A stretch of 64,000 nucleotides of DNA, taken from Sphyrna mokarran (lineage: Eukaryota). The stretch lies in assembly GCA_024679065.1 (NCBI GenBank), contig JAGIQG010000032.1, positions 14,074,001 to 14,138,000 on the forward strand, in the 5' to 3' direction. Made by a program: the position numbers and the translations under genes. The notes under the pieces were generated by a model that saw only the letters and a list, made by a program, of their open reading frames with translations, did not search any database and had not been told where the DNA came from. Shown here in pieces: positions 25,640 through 39,313 of the stretch; position 1 is the stretch's first letter; each line of letters opens with the position of its first letter.

Positions 25640-26330
25640 CAGAGTCATTGAGGTTTACAGCATGGAAACAGGCCCTTCGGCTCAACTTGTCTATGCTGCC
25701 CTTTTAAAACCCCTACGCTAGTCCCAATTACCCACTTTTAGCCCACATCCCTCTATACCATCTTACCCATGTAACTGTCTAAATGGTTTTTAAAAGACAA
25801 AATTGTACCTGCTTCTATTTCTACCTCTGGCAGCTTTTTCCAAATACTCACCTTTCTCTGAAAAAATTGCCCCTCTGTACACTTCTGTATCTCTTTCCTC
25901 TCATCTTAAACCGATGCCCTCTAGTTTTAGACTTTGCTACCTTTGGGAAAAGATATTGGCTATCTACCTTGTCTATGCCCCTCATTATTTTATAGACCTC
26001 TATAAGGTCACCCCTCAGCCTCCCATACTTCAGACAAAAAAATCCCAGTCTATTCAACCACTCCTTATAAATCAATTCATCAAGTCCGGGTAGCATCATA
26101 GTAAATCTTTTCTACACTCTTTCTATAATAGAGTGACCAGAATTGCACACAGCATTCCAAGTGTGGCCTTACCAATGTCTTATACAATGTTTTGATCAAT
26201 GCAACCAAGCATCCCAAATGCCTTCTTCGTCACTCTGTCCACCTGTGACTCCACTTTCAAGCAGCTATGAACATGTACCTCTAGATCTCTGTTCTGTAAT
26301 TCTCCCCAACATCCTACCATTAACTGAGTA
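25640..26330 (-). mobile_element. CR1 LINE 3' fragment
   Basis: ORF 25848-26099 (RLRGDLIEVYKIMRGIDKVDSQYLFP...TRGHRFK) plus CR1 tail. Confidence 0.88.
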
Positions 26331-27067
26331 ACATGTGGAACAATCTATCCATGTAGCCAAACTGAAAATTGGACAGGTATGAGAAGTAGAAAATTTGAGA
26401 GGCATTTGTCCATGAGACCAGACAAATGGAATGCAGAATCCTTACCAGTTCTCTGCTATATATTCCAATCTTATCCCTATTTTTAAAAATAAATAATTCA
26501 AAATCACAAACAAGAAACTTGCAAGGAGAATGTGACCTGTAAGGAGGGTAGCGTACAAATCAAATTGACAAAGACAGGTCAAAACTTTTAAACTAAAGAT
26601 GAATTTATTTAAGCGAGTAATTAAGCGTGCAAACGGTACTTGGTGCGAGTTAGGAGCCCCATTTCATCCGTAAACATTTTGCCATGAACGCTCATCAATT
26701 TGCAGGAATGGTGAAAAATAATAGAATATACCGTCATCACAATATAAAGAACCAGTATCATCTCACTTGAGGGAGTGGAAGGTTCTGGATAAACAAATCA
26801 TTTTTCATCACAGCATCAAGTACAAATGGTCCCATGACGCATTTCAATATGATTTGCATCATTACACAGAATCAAACATGCTATTGTGAGAGTAGTGTCA
26901 TTTGAGGAAAGAATAAAATGCAAGAGATTAAAACATTTTGTCACAACAGAGAAATACATGGAAAACCAAAGATCTTATTACCATTATCAAGCCTGTATGA
27001 TAGCACCGTGCTTTTGTTAAAGGTACTCAGTGTTGTTTGCATTGTATACCTGCTATTAATTTAACAT

Positions 27068-27237
27068 TAGTAAGAAGTCTCACAACCCCAGGTTAAAGTC
27101 CAACAGGTTTATTTGATATCACAAGCTTTCAGAGAGCAGTGCTCCTTCATCAGGTGAGTTGGACTTGTTGGGTTTAAACCTGGTGTTGTGAGACTTCTTA
27201 CTATGCCCACCCCAGTCCCATGCTGGCATTTCCACAT
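27068..27237. mobile_element. Penelope-like terminal hairpin element with a minimal hammerhead motif
   Basis: Inverted repeat AGTAAGAAGTCTCACAACCCCAGGTTAAA / TTTAAACCTGGTGTTGTGAGACTTCTTACT enclosing CUGAUGA...GAAAGCUU on the minus strand. Confidence 0.7.
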
Positions 27238-27295
27238 GTTAATTTATTCTTGTAACATTTCTTTTGTTAATGATATGCCACCTTTCTTAAATGTT

Positions 27296-28185
27296 GGGGA
27301 TGATTTTAAGTGTCGAATGCGCATGAAAACTGGAATAAATCACGCTTGTTTTTTCAGTGGGAGTTTAAAATGAATCTCCCATACTGTGCACTGCAGAGTG
27401 CACTACCGTAAATCACATTGAAAATCAGTGGGTAAACCCCACTGGAGTGAGGCATTCCTGGCAGGGGAGAGATGTTAGTGGGCCCAGTGACTTCAGTCCC
27501 AGGCCTGCTGATTACACTTTAAGTATACTTAAGCCTATCCCACTGAACAGGCCAGCGCATGTGGCCCACTGTGCACACACTGATCTGTCAGCACTGAGAA
27601 TGGCACCTGCACAGTGGTCCCTGTCTGCTGGCCTCCCTCCCTCTCCCACTGATCCAGACTGGCAGCAGAACCCATCACTGACCACCCCTCAATCAGGTCT
27701 CACCCCCTTGGCAATGCCCCATGCCAGGTGGGCAGTGCTAAGATGCCCCGAGGCATTGACAATTTGCCACTTGGGCAGTGCCAGGGAACCCAGGCTGGCA
27801 CTGCCAAGGTGCCCATACCCAGGGGACACCCCTGCCCCGCCCTCTGGGGGGCCTCGGCACTCGAGCAGGGTCAGGCCACCAGCTCCCTGACAGTGGGAAG
27901 CTACTGTAAACCCCACTGGAGTGAGGCATTCCTGGCAGGGGAGAGATGTTAGTGGCCCAGTGACTCCAGTCCCAGGCCTGCTGATTATACTTTAAGTAAC
28001 ACCAAAATGGCTTTCTGAATATCTAATGCAGTTCCACACTTATTTCTGGCACAGAGCTGGTGGTGCCAGAAATCTGGCATTCGTGGCTGGACATCTAGCG
28101 CAGATCGTGCTTATCCGGCCCTGCTGAAACCTTCCAATCCACTGCACTAAACAAAATTAGCACAGCGGGATGGGAGAACTACCCC
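27296..28185. mobile_element. GC-rich non-autonomous DNA transposon (MITE-like)
   Basis: Sharp GC-rich block with GGGCAGTGCC/GGCACTGCC internal palindromic motifs and degenerate GGG.../...CCC termini. No coding capacity. Confidence 0.5.
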
Positions 28186-28966
28186 TTTTTGTTTCATCCT
28201 CCAATTTAAATTGCTCAATGGTCGAATTCATGTCTTTGTTCCAAGATTAAAATTAAATGCAAGAAAAATTACAATTTGCAGAAAGTAAACTATAAGGATT
28301 AATATGTTTGTCAACAGCTACAAATAATTGGCCCACATTTTGTCAGTTAGAAGTTTGTATCAGGGGCTATTACGAATCTAGCCTGAACCGTCAGTCTAAG
28401 ATTCAGTCTTTTTTTTTGTCATTTTTGTTATTTATATGCTTGTCAACACATTGTCACTCACTCACTAAATACATATAAATATACTGCCTTATGCATACCG
28501 TCTTATCTCTGCAATTTCAATATTCATTTACGACCTGTGAGAACTCATTTTCATCTCCTTACTGTGTTAAAATCTGCAGAAAGCCTTCTGCCATCTCATT
28601 CTTCATTTCCGAAAGGTTTTCAAAATCACTCAAGTGCAGCCTTACCTAATTACTAAACCTCCATTTGCTGTGCTTACCCTTAAACCAAGATGGGAGGTCT
28701 TGGCTCCTCACCCGTGGCTCCTCAGCTGTAAAATTAGTCACCAAATTGTATGTTTGAAAAGTGCCAGAGAAGGGCCTGTATCAGGAGATTATAGTCATTG
28801 CAAAGGAACATTCTGGCAAAGTTTTTGGATCCATCTGTTCTGTGTTCAGAACAAACTAAATTTTGACAGAATTCGCGGAACAATCCAATGGATGAAAACT
28901 GGTGGGATCACATCCCTATTAGAAATCTCAGCACCAACTTACGAGGCCCTCACATTGAGAAACTAA

Positions 28967-29380
28967 GGCTGCAATTCTCCCATCATGACCCGCAACATTT
29001 CTGTCGAGTCACAGCGGGAGATGTATGTCATTGGTTTTGTTCTGGGATTTACATATGCGCATCTCCCAGAGCTGGCGAACAGTTGACCATGCTGAAACCG
29101 GCAGGAAGACAGGTAAGTCAATTAAATTGTATTAAATGTATTTAAAATATGTTTTCAATTTAATTATAGGGAATTTTCCAGTCCCTATTAAAATCTCCCA
29201 CCCCACCAGGATATTTCATTCTGACAGGGTTTAGACTAGCTCCCCACATTTGGGGAACTAATGGGAAACTCCACCATGTACAGAGTACAGTGATTCAAGT
29301 GAGAAGCTGAACTGGCCAAACAAAATCAGGATGTAGAATAGCTTTCCCGCCAAATCAGCTCTTTTGGGAGAATTGCGGCC
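28967..29380. mobile_element. PIF/Harbinger-type MITE
   Basis: 15-bp TIRs GGCTGCAATTCTCCC / GGGAGAATTGCGGCC (14/15 match), flanked by TAA / TAT (TWA-type TSD). Confidence 0.75.
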
Positions 29381-31539
29381 TATTTTTGATTCTGGGGAAT
29401 AATTCCACAGTACTTTAATACAGCGTTAAAAAAAGTCACACTGATTTCTATTCTTGTTTTGAAATACAGGATAAAGGTCATTAAAGTTAAAATGTTCTGG
29501 TAAAAATAAATCTCCACAATGTTGAAAATTCAACTAGCTAGAACAAAAATTTTCAAGTAGAAAGAAACCTGCAGTATAGTTCTGCACTAAGAGATACAAA
29601 AATGGGACTTAAGTCCCACAACCATCAGTTTTTCCTTTCTCATGAGTTACGTGTTACTTTTCAGTGTGCAATGGGTGCCTGGAATAACGTAAGACAGAGA
29701 GTAAATGCAGACAGCCCAATAGCAGAGGACTTTCATCAGCAGACTGCAACAGCACTGACATTTGTTTGATTTATGTCTAGCTTACACCCTGTAGCAAATA
29801 GGTAAGTTGACACGATGGCCCATGACTTTCTAAGTTTACTTTGCATGGTACAATTTGCTGCCTAAGTGCTATTGGCTTACAGGCCAAATAGCAAACGCAA
29901 AAATTCTCAGATCAAAATACAAGATCTCTGGTTGCAACTATTTGCTTATCCAAAGTTGATGCCTATCTCACAAGGCTGTCAGGGAGAGGCACAAGTGGCA
30001 AATAGGAGAGGGGTAATAATCAGTACTTTTATCACTCTATACTGTACCTCCCAGATAACACTAGCATTGGCTTGAATAAGAAATCTTTCAGCAGCCATCT
30101 TAGCAAGCAAAAAGGACATAACAAAAACAAATAAAACAACAGAAAATGCTGAAAATACACAATAGGTCTGACTCTTTATTGCATTTGTCCTGAATGTATG
30201 CTAAAAGAACCTGAAGCTATTTCTCATTTCAAAGATGCTACTTGAACTGAGTATTGCTTTTTAGGTACTTTGGTTTTAATGTTGAATTCTGACATTTGAA
30301 AAATGAATTATTCCAAACTTTCCAATGGCCCAGCATGTCTAACCACTGATGAGCTGAGCCATGCAAAATAAGTCGATGCCACCAGGCTGAATGATTGCAT
30401 GAGCTAATATTAGCTGCTACCAGCCAAAGTTGCAGCAAGGGGCCTATAATCCTCTGTTGGAAGTAGTTAGTGCGTGGACATTAGCCGAATACAGTCATGC
30501 CCAGCTAAGTGACCCTTCCCCTACACTCCCCAACACAAGACCATTAATTAGCCTATTGACATATGAGAGTTTGAAGGTGGACAGGCCACTGAGCAGGGTC
30601 CAGAGAAAATCTGGATCTGGATAATACAGCAACTCAGAGAATAGAGGAAGAAAAGATGATGAAAAAATAAATACAGTATAAAATAGAAATGCGCAAGTAT
30701 AATAATCAGAGTCAAAAGGTTCCTATGACATTATAATTATTGCCTGAAAGGAATTGAGATTTAGCCATTTTCCTCTTTTTGTTAATCTTAATGGCAGCAT
30801 TCCAACATCTATTACCTGCTGCAGTCCCAGGAGGGATCTAAACATTTCTGTCACTCCACTATTGTGGAATAAGTGCCTTATTTCAGCTGGGATTAAAGCA
30901 AACTATATGTACCATCTGAATTTCAAAATCTTTTTAAAAATTTGTATTTCTAATGAAATGAACACCCAACATTAAAAAGTAGCAAATTTTCCAACTGCAT
31001 CCACCTCACAAATAAGCAAGCCTATACCTACTGAACATTGTTAAGATTAGGTATGGAGTTCAGGTATTTCTAATGTGTCAGTGTGGATTTGGTGGGCTGC
31101 AGAGTCTCTTCTGTGCTGTATGATTCAATGATTTTTGCAATCCATAAATTTGAATGTCGATTTTAAATTCATTATAATGGCCTTGAAAGGGTAATCAAAC
31201 ATTTGGACAAGTTAACATCCAGCCTCTGGTCAGCAGACAATAATAATGGTTCATCACACACAGGCATCCATTACCTGGCTATGAGTCAATGCTCATGTCC
31301 CAATGTTGAGTTGGGTACCTTTACTTTACTTTTAACTGCAGTCCTATGTTATATTAAGGTTCACGTCACATCCCATTGGTCAGTGATATTTTTCATTAGG
31401 TCATTTGCAAATTACTAGCTAAAAATACAAGACAGAAGTAACAGAGACTCAAACTATTTTTATTCAGCAGTGAGATAGAATTACATGGCGTAAGATGAAC
31501 TCCTTCCGATACCATCATTTTGATATTTATTTGAAGTCA

Positions 31540-33860
31540 GAAAGAGGAGCTGGAGTAAGCCAAATGACTCCTCCAGTCCACTGTACTATTAAATATCATA
31601 GCTGATTACCCACCTCAATGCTACATTCCTGTCCGATCCACATATCCCTTGACTTTAGAATCCAACCATCTACTGATCTGCCGGTAGAAAATGCCAAAGA
31701 TTCACAATCCTTGGAGTAAAGGCATTTCTCCCCATCCTTTATGCTAAGAATATACTCCTGCTAAGTTCCAGATTTTCCATTCACAGCAACACACTGTTTG
31801 CCTACCTAATTGCCTGCATGTTAAATTTGTGTTTCAGATACAATGACATCAAAATCCCTCTGAACACCAACATTTAAAACAATGTTTTTTTCTATTCTTC
31901 CAAAGTAAATAACCTCATCTTTCCCCATATTGTACATCATCTGCCATCTTACAGCTCACTCAATTAACCTACTTACATCCTTTTGCAGACTGTGTCCTCC
32001 TCTAAGCTACTTTCCCACTTGGCATTACATTATTTTTTAAACTTAGAGACATGACACTTGGTCCCTTGAAAGTTCTTAACATACATGATAAATAATTGAG
32101 GCCCCAGCACTGATCCTTGTGGCACCCCCAAGAATATAAAAATGACCCATTTATTCCCACTCTGGTTTTTTTGCCTTTAAATAATCTTCCATTTATGCTA
32201 ATATAATAATCTATTCCATGAATATTTATATCTTATGGCATTTTCTCAAACACCTTTTGAAAACCCAAGTATACTATATCTAATGGTTTCCCTCTATCTA
32301 GCCCATTACATCTTCAAAAAGATCTTTGCCAAGCATAAATTTCCTTTCATAAAACTATGAACACTCTGCCTAATCATAATGATTTTCTCAGGGCCCTGTT
32401 ATCACTTCTTTAACAGGATTACCAACTCATCAGAATTGGCCCGGAGTCTCCGGAAACTGAAAATTAATCTCCAGGACACTGCTGTGTGCAACTCTGGAGA
32501 AAGATAATTGGGACATTAAAAAAGGGTGCGTGTTTTTAACATTTTCTTTGAATATTTCTCTTTACCCAGTATAAAAATATAGAAAATAAGGTTGTTCCAC
32601 TGACAATCAAGCATTATCTAATTAAGAATGAGTTTTTTAGTTTTTTAACCAGCATAGGAAGGCAGTGCACCACAAATATTAATGTGTTGGCTGACTAATG
32701 GCAAGTCATGTGATAAAACCTACAGGAATATATTTAATCACAATTGTCAACCCTATTCCTTAGTAATAGTATTTCAGATTAAAGGAAAATCTCTTGAAAT
32801 TGAATTCATTTTGTCAAAGTTGCTAACATTCTAGAATTTTTCTAAAGTCCCCAGGGAGAAGATTTTTCTCACAGTAAATCGTAATGTCCTAGAAGTCACG
32901 AACTATAAGGGTGAAGGTCAATGATTTCTAAATGAAATTGATGGCCACTTGAGAGAATTAACTGTGCAAAAGCATTTGGTGTTGCTAAATTCTTATAAAG
33001 CAATGGGATACAGAGAAGGAAATAGGATTGACTGGATTGCTCTTATGAGCCTTGCAGGATTCGATAGGCTGAATGGCCTCCTTCTGTATCCTTATGATTC
33101 CCAAGGATTCCAGCATGTTTCCCCAACAACTAATCTCCAGCTAAATGGTCTGAAGCTCCCATTATTCTCTCCCTCCTTTCCTGAATAGAGGTATTATATC
33201 TGTTATCTTTCAATCCACTGGGATCATTACTGTATCTACAGAATTTTAGGAGGTGACAACAAATCCATCCAAAATCTCTGAGCCAACTCTTTTAGAACCC
33301 TGGGATACAAAGCTTTGGAATTTTGTTGGCTTTTAGTCTTGTTAATTTCCTCTATACTTTCTCTTTACAAATATTATTTACCTCAAGCTTATCATCCTCA
33401 TTAGCTCCTTGGTTGCCCATTATTTTTTTCTGCCTTCTGCTGTGAAAACAACCATTATAATGTCTTTCCCATTTGCTTATTCTTCACATAATTTCTTCTG
33501 TCTCAATTTTTAAGGGACTAACATTTACTTTGCTACTTGATTCCTTTTTAACATACTTGCAGAAGTTTATATATTTCTTACTAATGTACGCAGCCTTTTT
33601 TCCCTCCCTATGAATTTTTTGGCTGTCCTTTACTAGTTTCTTTTGCTCCCTCAATCTTCAGGTTTACTACACTTCTTTGCAATAGTAAAAGCCTTCTCTT
33701 TTAATCTAATTCTATGTAATCCCTTTATATGTTATGCATGATTCACTTTTCTTCTGAATTTCTTACTTGTTGCGAACTATGAAAAATGTCTTTAAATATT
33801 TGCTATATTTGCATTTACTGCCATACTTATAATCTAATTTCCCAATCTACTTTAGCCAAC
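31540..33860 (-). mobile_element. Old CR1 LINE with nested insertions
   Basis: Tail at ~31540, GGCCCCAGCACTGATCCTTGTGGCAC (VPQGSVLG) at ~32100, and further degenerate RT sequence. Interrupted by 32416-32755 and by a plus-strand CR1 3' fragment at ~32850-33100. Confidence 0.65.
32416..32755. mobile_element. Non-autonomous DNA transposon (AGGGTTGCCAAC-type termini)
   Basis: Degenerate TIRs AGGATTACCAAC / ATTGTCAACCCT. A related terminus GCTGGCAACCCTA occurs at ~44177. Confidence 0.5.
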
Positions 33861-35455
33861 AACAATGAAAGCTGGAGATGATTGAACTCCAAAGATTTTG
33901 TGCTTAACCTTGGAAATATTTGTGTGTAGATCTGGCCATGACGGGACAAACAATAATCCACTGTGCCTGAAATCAAGTTTGCAGATGGAAATCTGTAAAA
34001 AAAAGCCTACTGTGTTGCACAGCAAATTTAAACAGGATTCATACCTGACACCTTGCTAGTCTACATACATCAACGAATCATCGCCTTCTTAGCCATCACG
34101 AAGCATCTAGGTAAGTTTTTAAAGTGGGATGGGATCACAAACATCATACGAGGGCTTAATAGAAGGTGCGAGGAGGGGGGCAAAAATAAGCTTATGTGTA
34201 AAGAAACATTAAAAGGAAAGAGTCAGTGGATGATTGAAATTGTGAACATACATGCATTGAATCGTTCCCACCATTTTTTAAGCAAAAGAAATGGTTAACT
34301 AGTTAACTACAGGACTGAAGAGTTTAAGCATAGACTAAGTTTACCAAATGCTCCCTATAACATTTAGGATGCAGTCCAGCCAAGGTCACAGTCATGTCAT
34401 CTGTGGAATGCAAGTAGTTAGTGTGGAATAACATGGGATGTAATGTTAGATTGGCATCCTAGAGTTTCAGTGGGTTACTTTATGGAGTCAGGAAATAGTT
34501 TCAAAGAGCTCTATCTATATTAATCTTTATGGATAATCCTTGATAAAATAAACTGTTTGTGTTTTTTGACAGGTAAAGACTTGTGGGCTAAATGTTTGTT
34601 TCGACACCCTCAGGGAGGAGCGGGGTGCAACCAGGAAGTATTTATTACTCTTCACCAGTTGAAGGGTCAAGATGTGGGATTGGAATCACATGTAGGTAAG
34701 CAACTGCACTTTGGTATTGATCAGTTTTCATAGCATGATACTGTGCAGGAGACCGTTCAGACCATTAAAGCTCCGCCACCTCTTTTCCAATGATATTCCA
34801 CTAATCCCATTCCTTTGCTTTTTTCCCCCGTGTCAATTTTTTGAAGTGTTACAGCTGTGTTCTGTTTCCAACACACCTTCAAGCAATGCATCCTTTTAAC
34901 TCATCACAACAGGATTTACTGGAGCTAGGTTTTTGTTCATACCTTTAAATACCACGACAAGTTTAAGTTTAAAAGAGGTTTAAAAGATGTTCAAAAACAT
35001 TGGCCAAATTTAAGATTTGATATTGATTTCTGGAATCAGAAAAACGTGCAATGATCTCTGTACTTTATTTAACACTGACCGGGTACTGGACAATGAGACT
35101 AGTATGAAGTTATAGTATAAAATTACTTCTTTTAATGGTAAAATGCATTTAGCCTAGAAGATTTTAATGTAATTAGTTAAGGTCATGAGCCCCATTTATT
35201 CTTCATTTGCTCAATAAAGCAGTGAGACAGATGAGAGTTAGTGATGTTCACAAAAAATAGTTTCCCAGTCCATCAGGAGAGAGAGAGAAATTCAGAAGGT
35301 AGTTTTTGACAACTATTCAGCATTTAAAAATACATCCAATATCCATTTTGTTGCAGTTAAACATCGACACCTGTTCTTAAATCTTTGAGGGAAATCAAAT
35401 GTACTTCTTTACAATGTAAGAAAATGCTGTTCATGTATTTGCTTTATTTGATTAG

Positions 35456-35712
35456 AGTTTATTTACCAGTCACAAGTAAGGCTTACATCACACTGTCATG
35501 AAATTACTGTGAAATTCTGAGTCCCCATTCTTCAGCGCTTGTTCGGGTCAATGCACCTAACCAGCACATCTTTCAGACTATGGGAAGAAACTGGAGCACC
35601 CAGAGGAAACCTATGCAGACATGGTGAGAATGTACAGACTCTGCACAGGCAGTGAACCAAGCTGGGAATAGAACCCAGACCTTCAGCACTGAGGCAAAAA
35701 CCACTATGCCCA
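35456..35712 (-). mobile_element. V-SINE variant with non-CR1 tail
   Basis: Near-colinear with 391-645 (AGTCACAAGTAAGGCTTACAT...TTCGGGTCAATGCACCTAACCAGCACATCTTTCAGAC). Confidence 0.82.
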
Positions 35713-36819
35713 TAACAGGATTACATTTGAATAAAACACCTCTTTCTGAAATAGTTTAATTTCTTTTAAAAAAATCATTAACTAGAATGTTGCAAAAGGA
35801 AGGGGGATGTTGTCAAGTTCTTTTCCATTTGCAAAGTAATCACAACATAGCTCATATTGTTTCAACTTTTATTAAACAACAGCTTAATCTTAAATTCATA
35901 GGGACTGATGACTATACACTGGTATCAGTCAGTTCTAAAATGATTTGCAGAAAGATCTGCAAATCTCACTAGATTGGCTTGCTATTAGCAGATGACCATT
36001 TTCCAAAATCAAGTGATGTACATAATGATTTGGAGCTCCAAAGTTCACAGCAGAACAGGTGCAGAAAGAAGCTGAGTGTTGGTGCGCGCACATTTGGTTT
36101 CAGCTGTACACAACAGCAGGGATCATTAAGATGTTTATTGCCTTGAAGGCTGCATGGATACTGATTTCTGCACAATAATTGTGGCTGCTTTTTCAGCACT
36201 CTTATTTTCTGCACCAGTGAACAAGGGTACGGTGGCCTGAATTGGTCAAGGTTCCGTTTAATGCCAATCAGCATGGAGGCCTCACAGATTACTGCCTCAG
36301 GAATGTAACAAGACTGTGAAAACAACATAATTAATTTAATGGAAAACAGACTTAAGTGTCTCTCCAACTATATGTAAAAATCTGTCCTTTGCTAAGACAA
36401 GTTAAATGATTGTGTCCGGCTTTTATATTCATCAAGAGTTGTTGAAGAATGGATGAATTTCCAAGAAGCTACAGCAGGCTCCTATTTGCTCTGAGCCAAG
36501 GCAACTCAGGACTTTCAAAATACTAATTACAATAAATAGATGCTTGCTTGTGCAAGCTAAATACATGAAGGTGAAGAGATAACATGTATGCAAATCTATA
36601 AGCTTCAGGAATTATACTGATCAGTTTCCAAAGGTAACAATGCAACTTCCTCGCTCCCCCCATTGATATATTATTTTCAAGTTTTTGGCAATGAGAAACC
36701 GTTTAAAATAAAAATCTCTGAACACCAAATTCTTCTTGTTTATTGTTCTGTTGTGTGTTGGGGTCACATACCACAATTCAGTTTATTTGTGAAAACTGAA
36801 ACATTCACATGAAAATTTC

Positions 36820-37095
36820 TACAGTCCATAACAAGGTGAATGGTCAGACAATCTGATTATTTTAATAAATTGAGGGATAAATGTTGCCCAGGACACTGGA
36901 AGACAACTCCAGCCCTGCTTCGAATACTGCCTGGTTATCCATTCTATCCACCTCAGACAACGAACACAGCACCTTTGACACTCAAATTTCTGGTGCACGG
37001 CATGAACCCTTGACCATCTCACTCAAAACAAGAGGATTGCGATCAGACTCTGGGAGAGGGGTGTGCAGACATTGTGAATCACCAACCTGAGCACA
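36820..37095 (-). mobile_element. Deu-domain SINE (SacSINE1/AmnSINE-like), decayed
   Basis: Minus-strand GTGTCCTGGGCAACATTTATCCCTCAA...CAGATTGTCTGACCATT is the Deu-domain core. Confidence 0.65.
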
Positions 37096-39166
37096 GTTCA
37101 CAGTCTGTTACCGGGTTCACAGCCTCTCTTGCAGAGGGTCGTTATCCACAACAGCACTGAACATCCTGACTTTGAAACTTGGCTGTTCTCCTTGATTCAA
37201 TGGAGCTCCTGAATATGACTTCCCAACAGGCCACATCCAATGGAGATCTATCCTACAGGCATACCAGTGACCGTGCACCTTCCTCTCCTTGGCCTTGCTG
37301 AGGATTCCTGATTCCCTTATGCTTCTGAATGTTTCAGCATGGTTCATATAGTTGCAACTCCCTGCAATGGCCAGACAGTGTCACTGATGGTTTTCACTCT
37401 GTTCCTTCAGGGTATGGACACAGGTTTTCTTGTTCCATGGGGTCAGTCATGATCTTAAGAGTTGGCGGTGTACCTCCATTCTGTCTGAATGTTTCTCATC
37501 CATGAGCATGAGCAGTTTAGCTTTCATTGTCACACTGTGTTGTTGCCTGTATCCTTGTGCGTCGCCGAGGTGCGCTCTGAGTTGGTGCTTGCTATTCTCC
37601 TCCTTCTGTATTGCCTTACTATTGCTATGTGCTTCTGCTGGAAACTACAGTTTATTTGCCACGATGTTCCAAGGTTGTGTCACAGCAGCCACTGGAGCTC
37701 AATGTTCTGTTGCATGTCTTCCATTTAAAGAATGATACTATATGTCTGAATGTTCAGCTGGGCTGACCAAAGTGTTTCTGCCAGTCTGATATCACGCTGG
37801 CATGAAGTGTGCATGCACATGTGCATGTGGCACCACTCGCCAGCCGCCAGCCACCCCCCCTCCCCCAAAAATGCTTGTGGAATGGGGGGGGGGGGGGGGA
37901 GGAGAGGAGAGAGAAGGGGTGTATGCACCTCAATGCTTATGATAATTTTTGAAGCACCAAGTCATGACTTCTCTCCCTGGCCATGGCTACAACTGAGTAA
38001 AGCTAGTACCACATGTTTAACCTCTACATTTTATTAACTCATGCAGTGTTGCTGTTTTAAAAATCAATGCAGGAAGTAAATCAGAATTCTAACGTGGTCC
38101 AAACTGGACCAGAATCAGACATTCACACTTGATGTGACAAACACCTGCCGGACAATTTCCTTCTTCTCATTGTATGTGTCCAACTGAATTTATCCCCTAA
38201 ACTTTCAGCATTACTCACACTACAATGGGAAGCTGCAACATTAACACGCGGGCGAAGTTAGAGGCTCCACTAAAAGAACAATTCCTACATTCACACTGGG
38301 TAATCCGCCATCCAACAAACTTATGCCTTGCATCCTCAACAGACCAGATAAAAAAGCTCTATATCAAGCTTATCCACTGAAGATTATCTGCCATATAAAG
38401 ACTCATTAGTCTAATTTGTCTAAATCAGCCAGTAACCTATATATTTGCTCCAAATTCCTTACTCCTGTGCATATTTTTGTATGATCCACTAATGTGTGGA
38501 TGGTTCCATTAATACTTTGACCCAAATCATTACTGATAATGATGAACGTCAACGGTCGCAAGAGAAAAGGCTACAAAGCATCAGTCATAATCTGGCCATA
38601 TGCACACATTGAAACAACACTCTACATCTGAGCTCGAAACTAGTCTCCTACTGGATATATTATCAAACTGTAAATCCCAGATGTATAGATTTCTTTTAAG
38701 CCAAAATTGCAGTGTATCACTCCTCTGGCTAGTAGCTGAGGTCGCACAATTAGATATCCATCTGAATCTCCAGTGGATTCAACTTTTTTTGGGTGGGATA
38801 AAGAGCAGATATTTTGATAGGGCCACCACCAATCTTCTCTGAACTCCCAGGACTTTTTCCAAGAATAATCCATAAGGATGCTGTTGTTGACAACCCAGGA
38901 TTAGAAAATCCTAGGGAATGACATTCATGACTTTGGTTAATGACATCTGTGTGTTCCAGGAGAGGCCTGGTTGGAAGGATTCAAACATCAAGTTGTTGAA
39001 TAAGGATCTGACAGATGACAACAAATACTGCTATAATCTATATTGTGATTGGTATATTTATCTTATTTGCAGTTTCAGTTTGATCTATTGCACTAAAGAC
39101 ATATTTCCAACTCCATTTTGGGGAGGTGGTGATGGTAGTGTAGTGGTAATGTCATTAGACTAATAA

Positions 39167-39313
39167 ACTCAGTAAGAGTCTGGCAACACCAACTTTAAAT
39201 CCAACTGATTTATTTGATAGTAAACCTGCTAGCTTTCGGCGTTTGTGCCTTCGTCAGGCAAATGAGGTGTTCTGGTCTCCAAAAGCACACATCAGCACAG
39301 ACAGTTACAGATT
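39167..39313 (-). mobile_element. Short Penelope-derived element with an intact minimal hammerhead, inserted in a tRNA-SINE head
   Basis: 8-bp TSD ACTAATAA (39159-39166, 39314-39321). The host SINE head GTAGTGGTAATGTCATTAGACTAATAA|TCCAG...GGGGACATGG resumes after the insertion. Confidence 0.7.
39226..39261 (-). ncRNA. Minimal type I hammerhead ribozyme motif (Penelope-type)
   Basis: UUGC-CUGACGA-A-GGC(ACAAAC)GCC-GAAA-GC-UA-GCAG: complete core, stem I UUGC/GCAG, stem II GGC/GCC, palindromic AGCU stem III. Confidence 0.65.

Noticed and set aside
27447-27952. 147-aa Pro-rich ORF and overlapping ORFs
   Set aside because: They arise from GC-rich MITE sequence with no protein motif.
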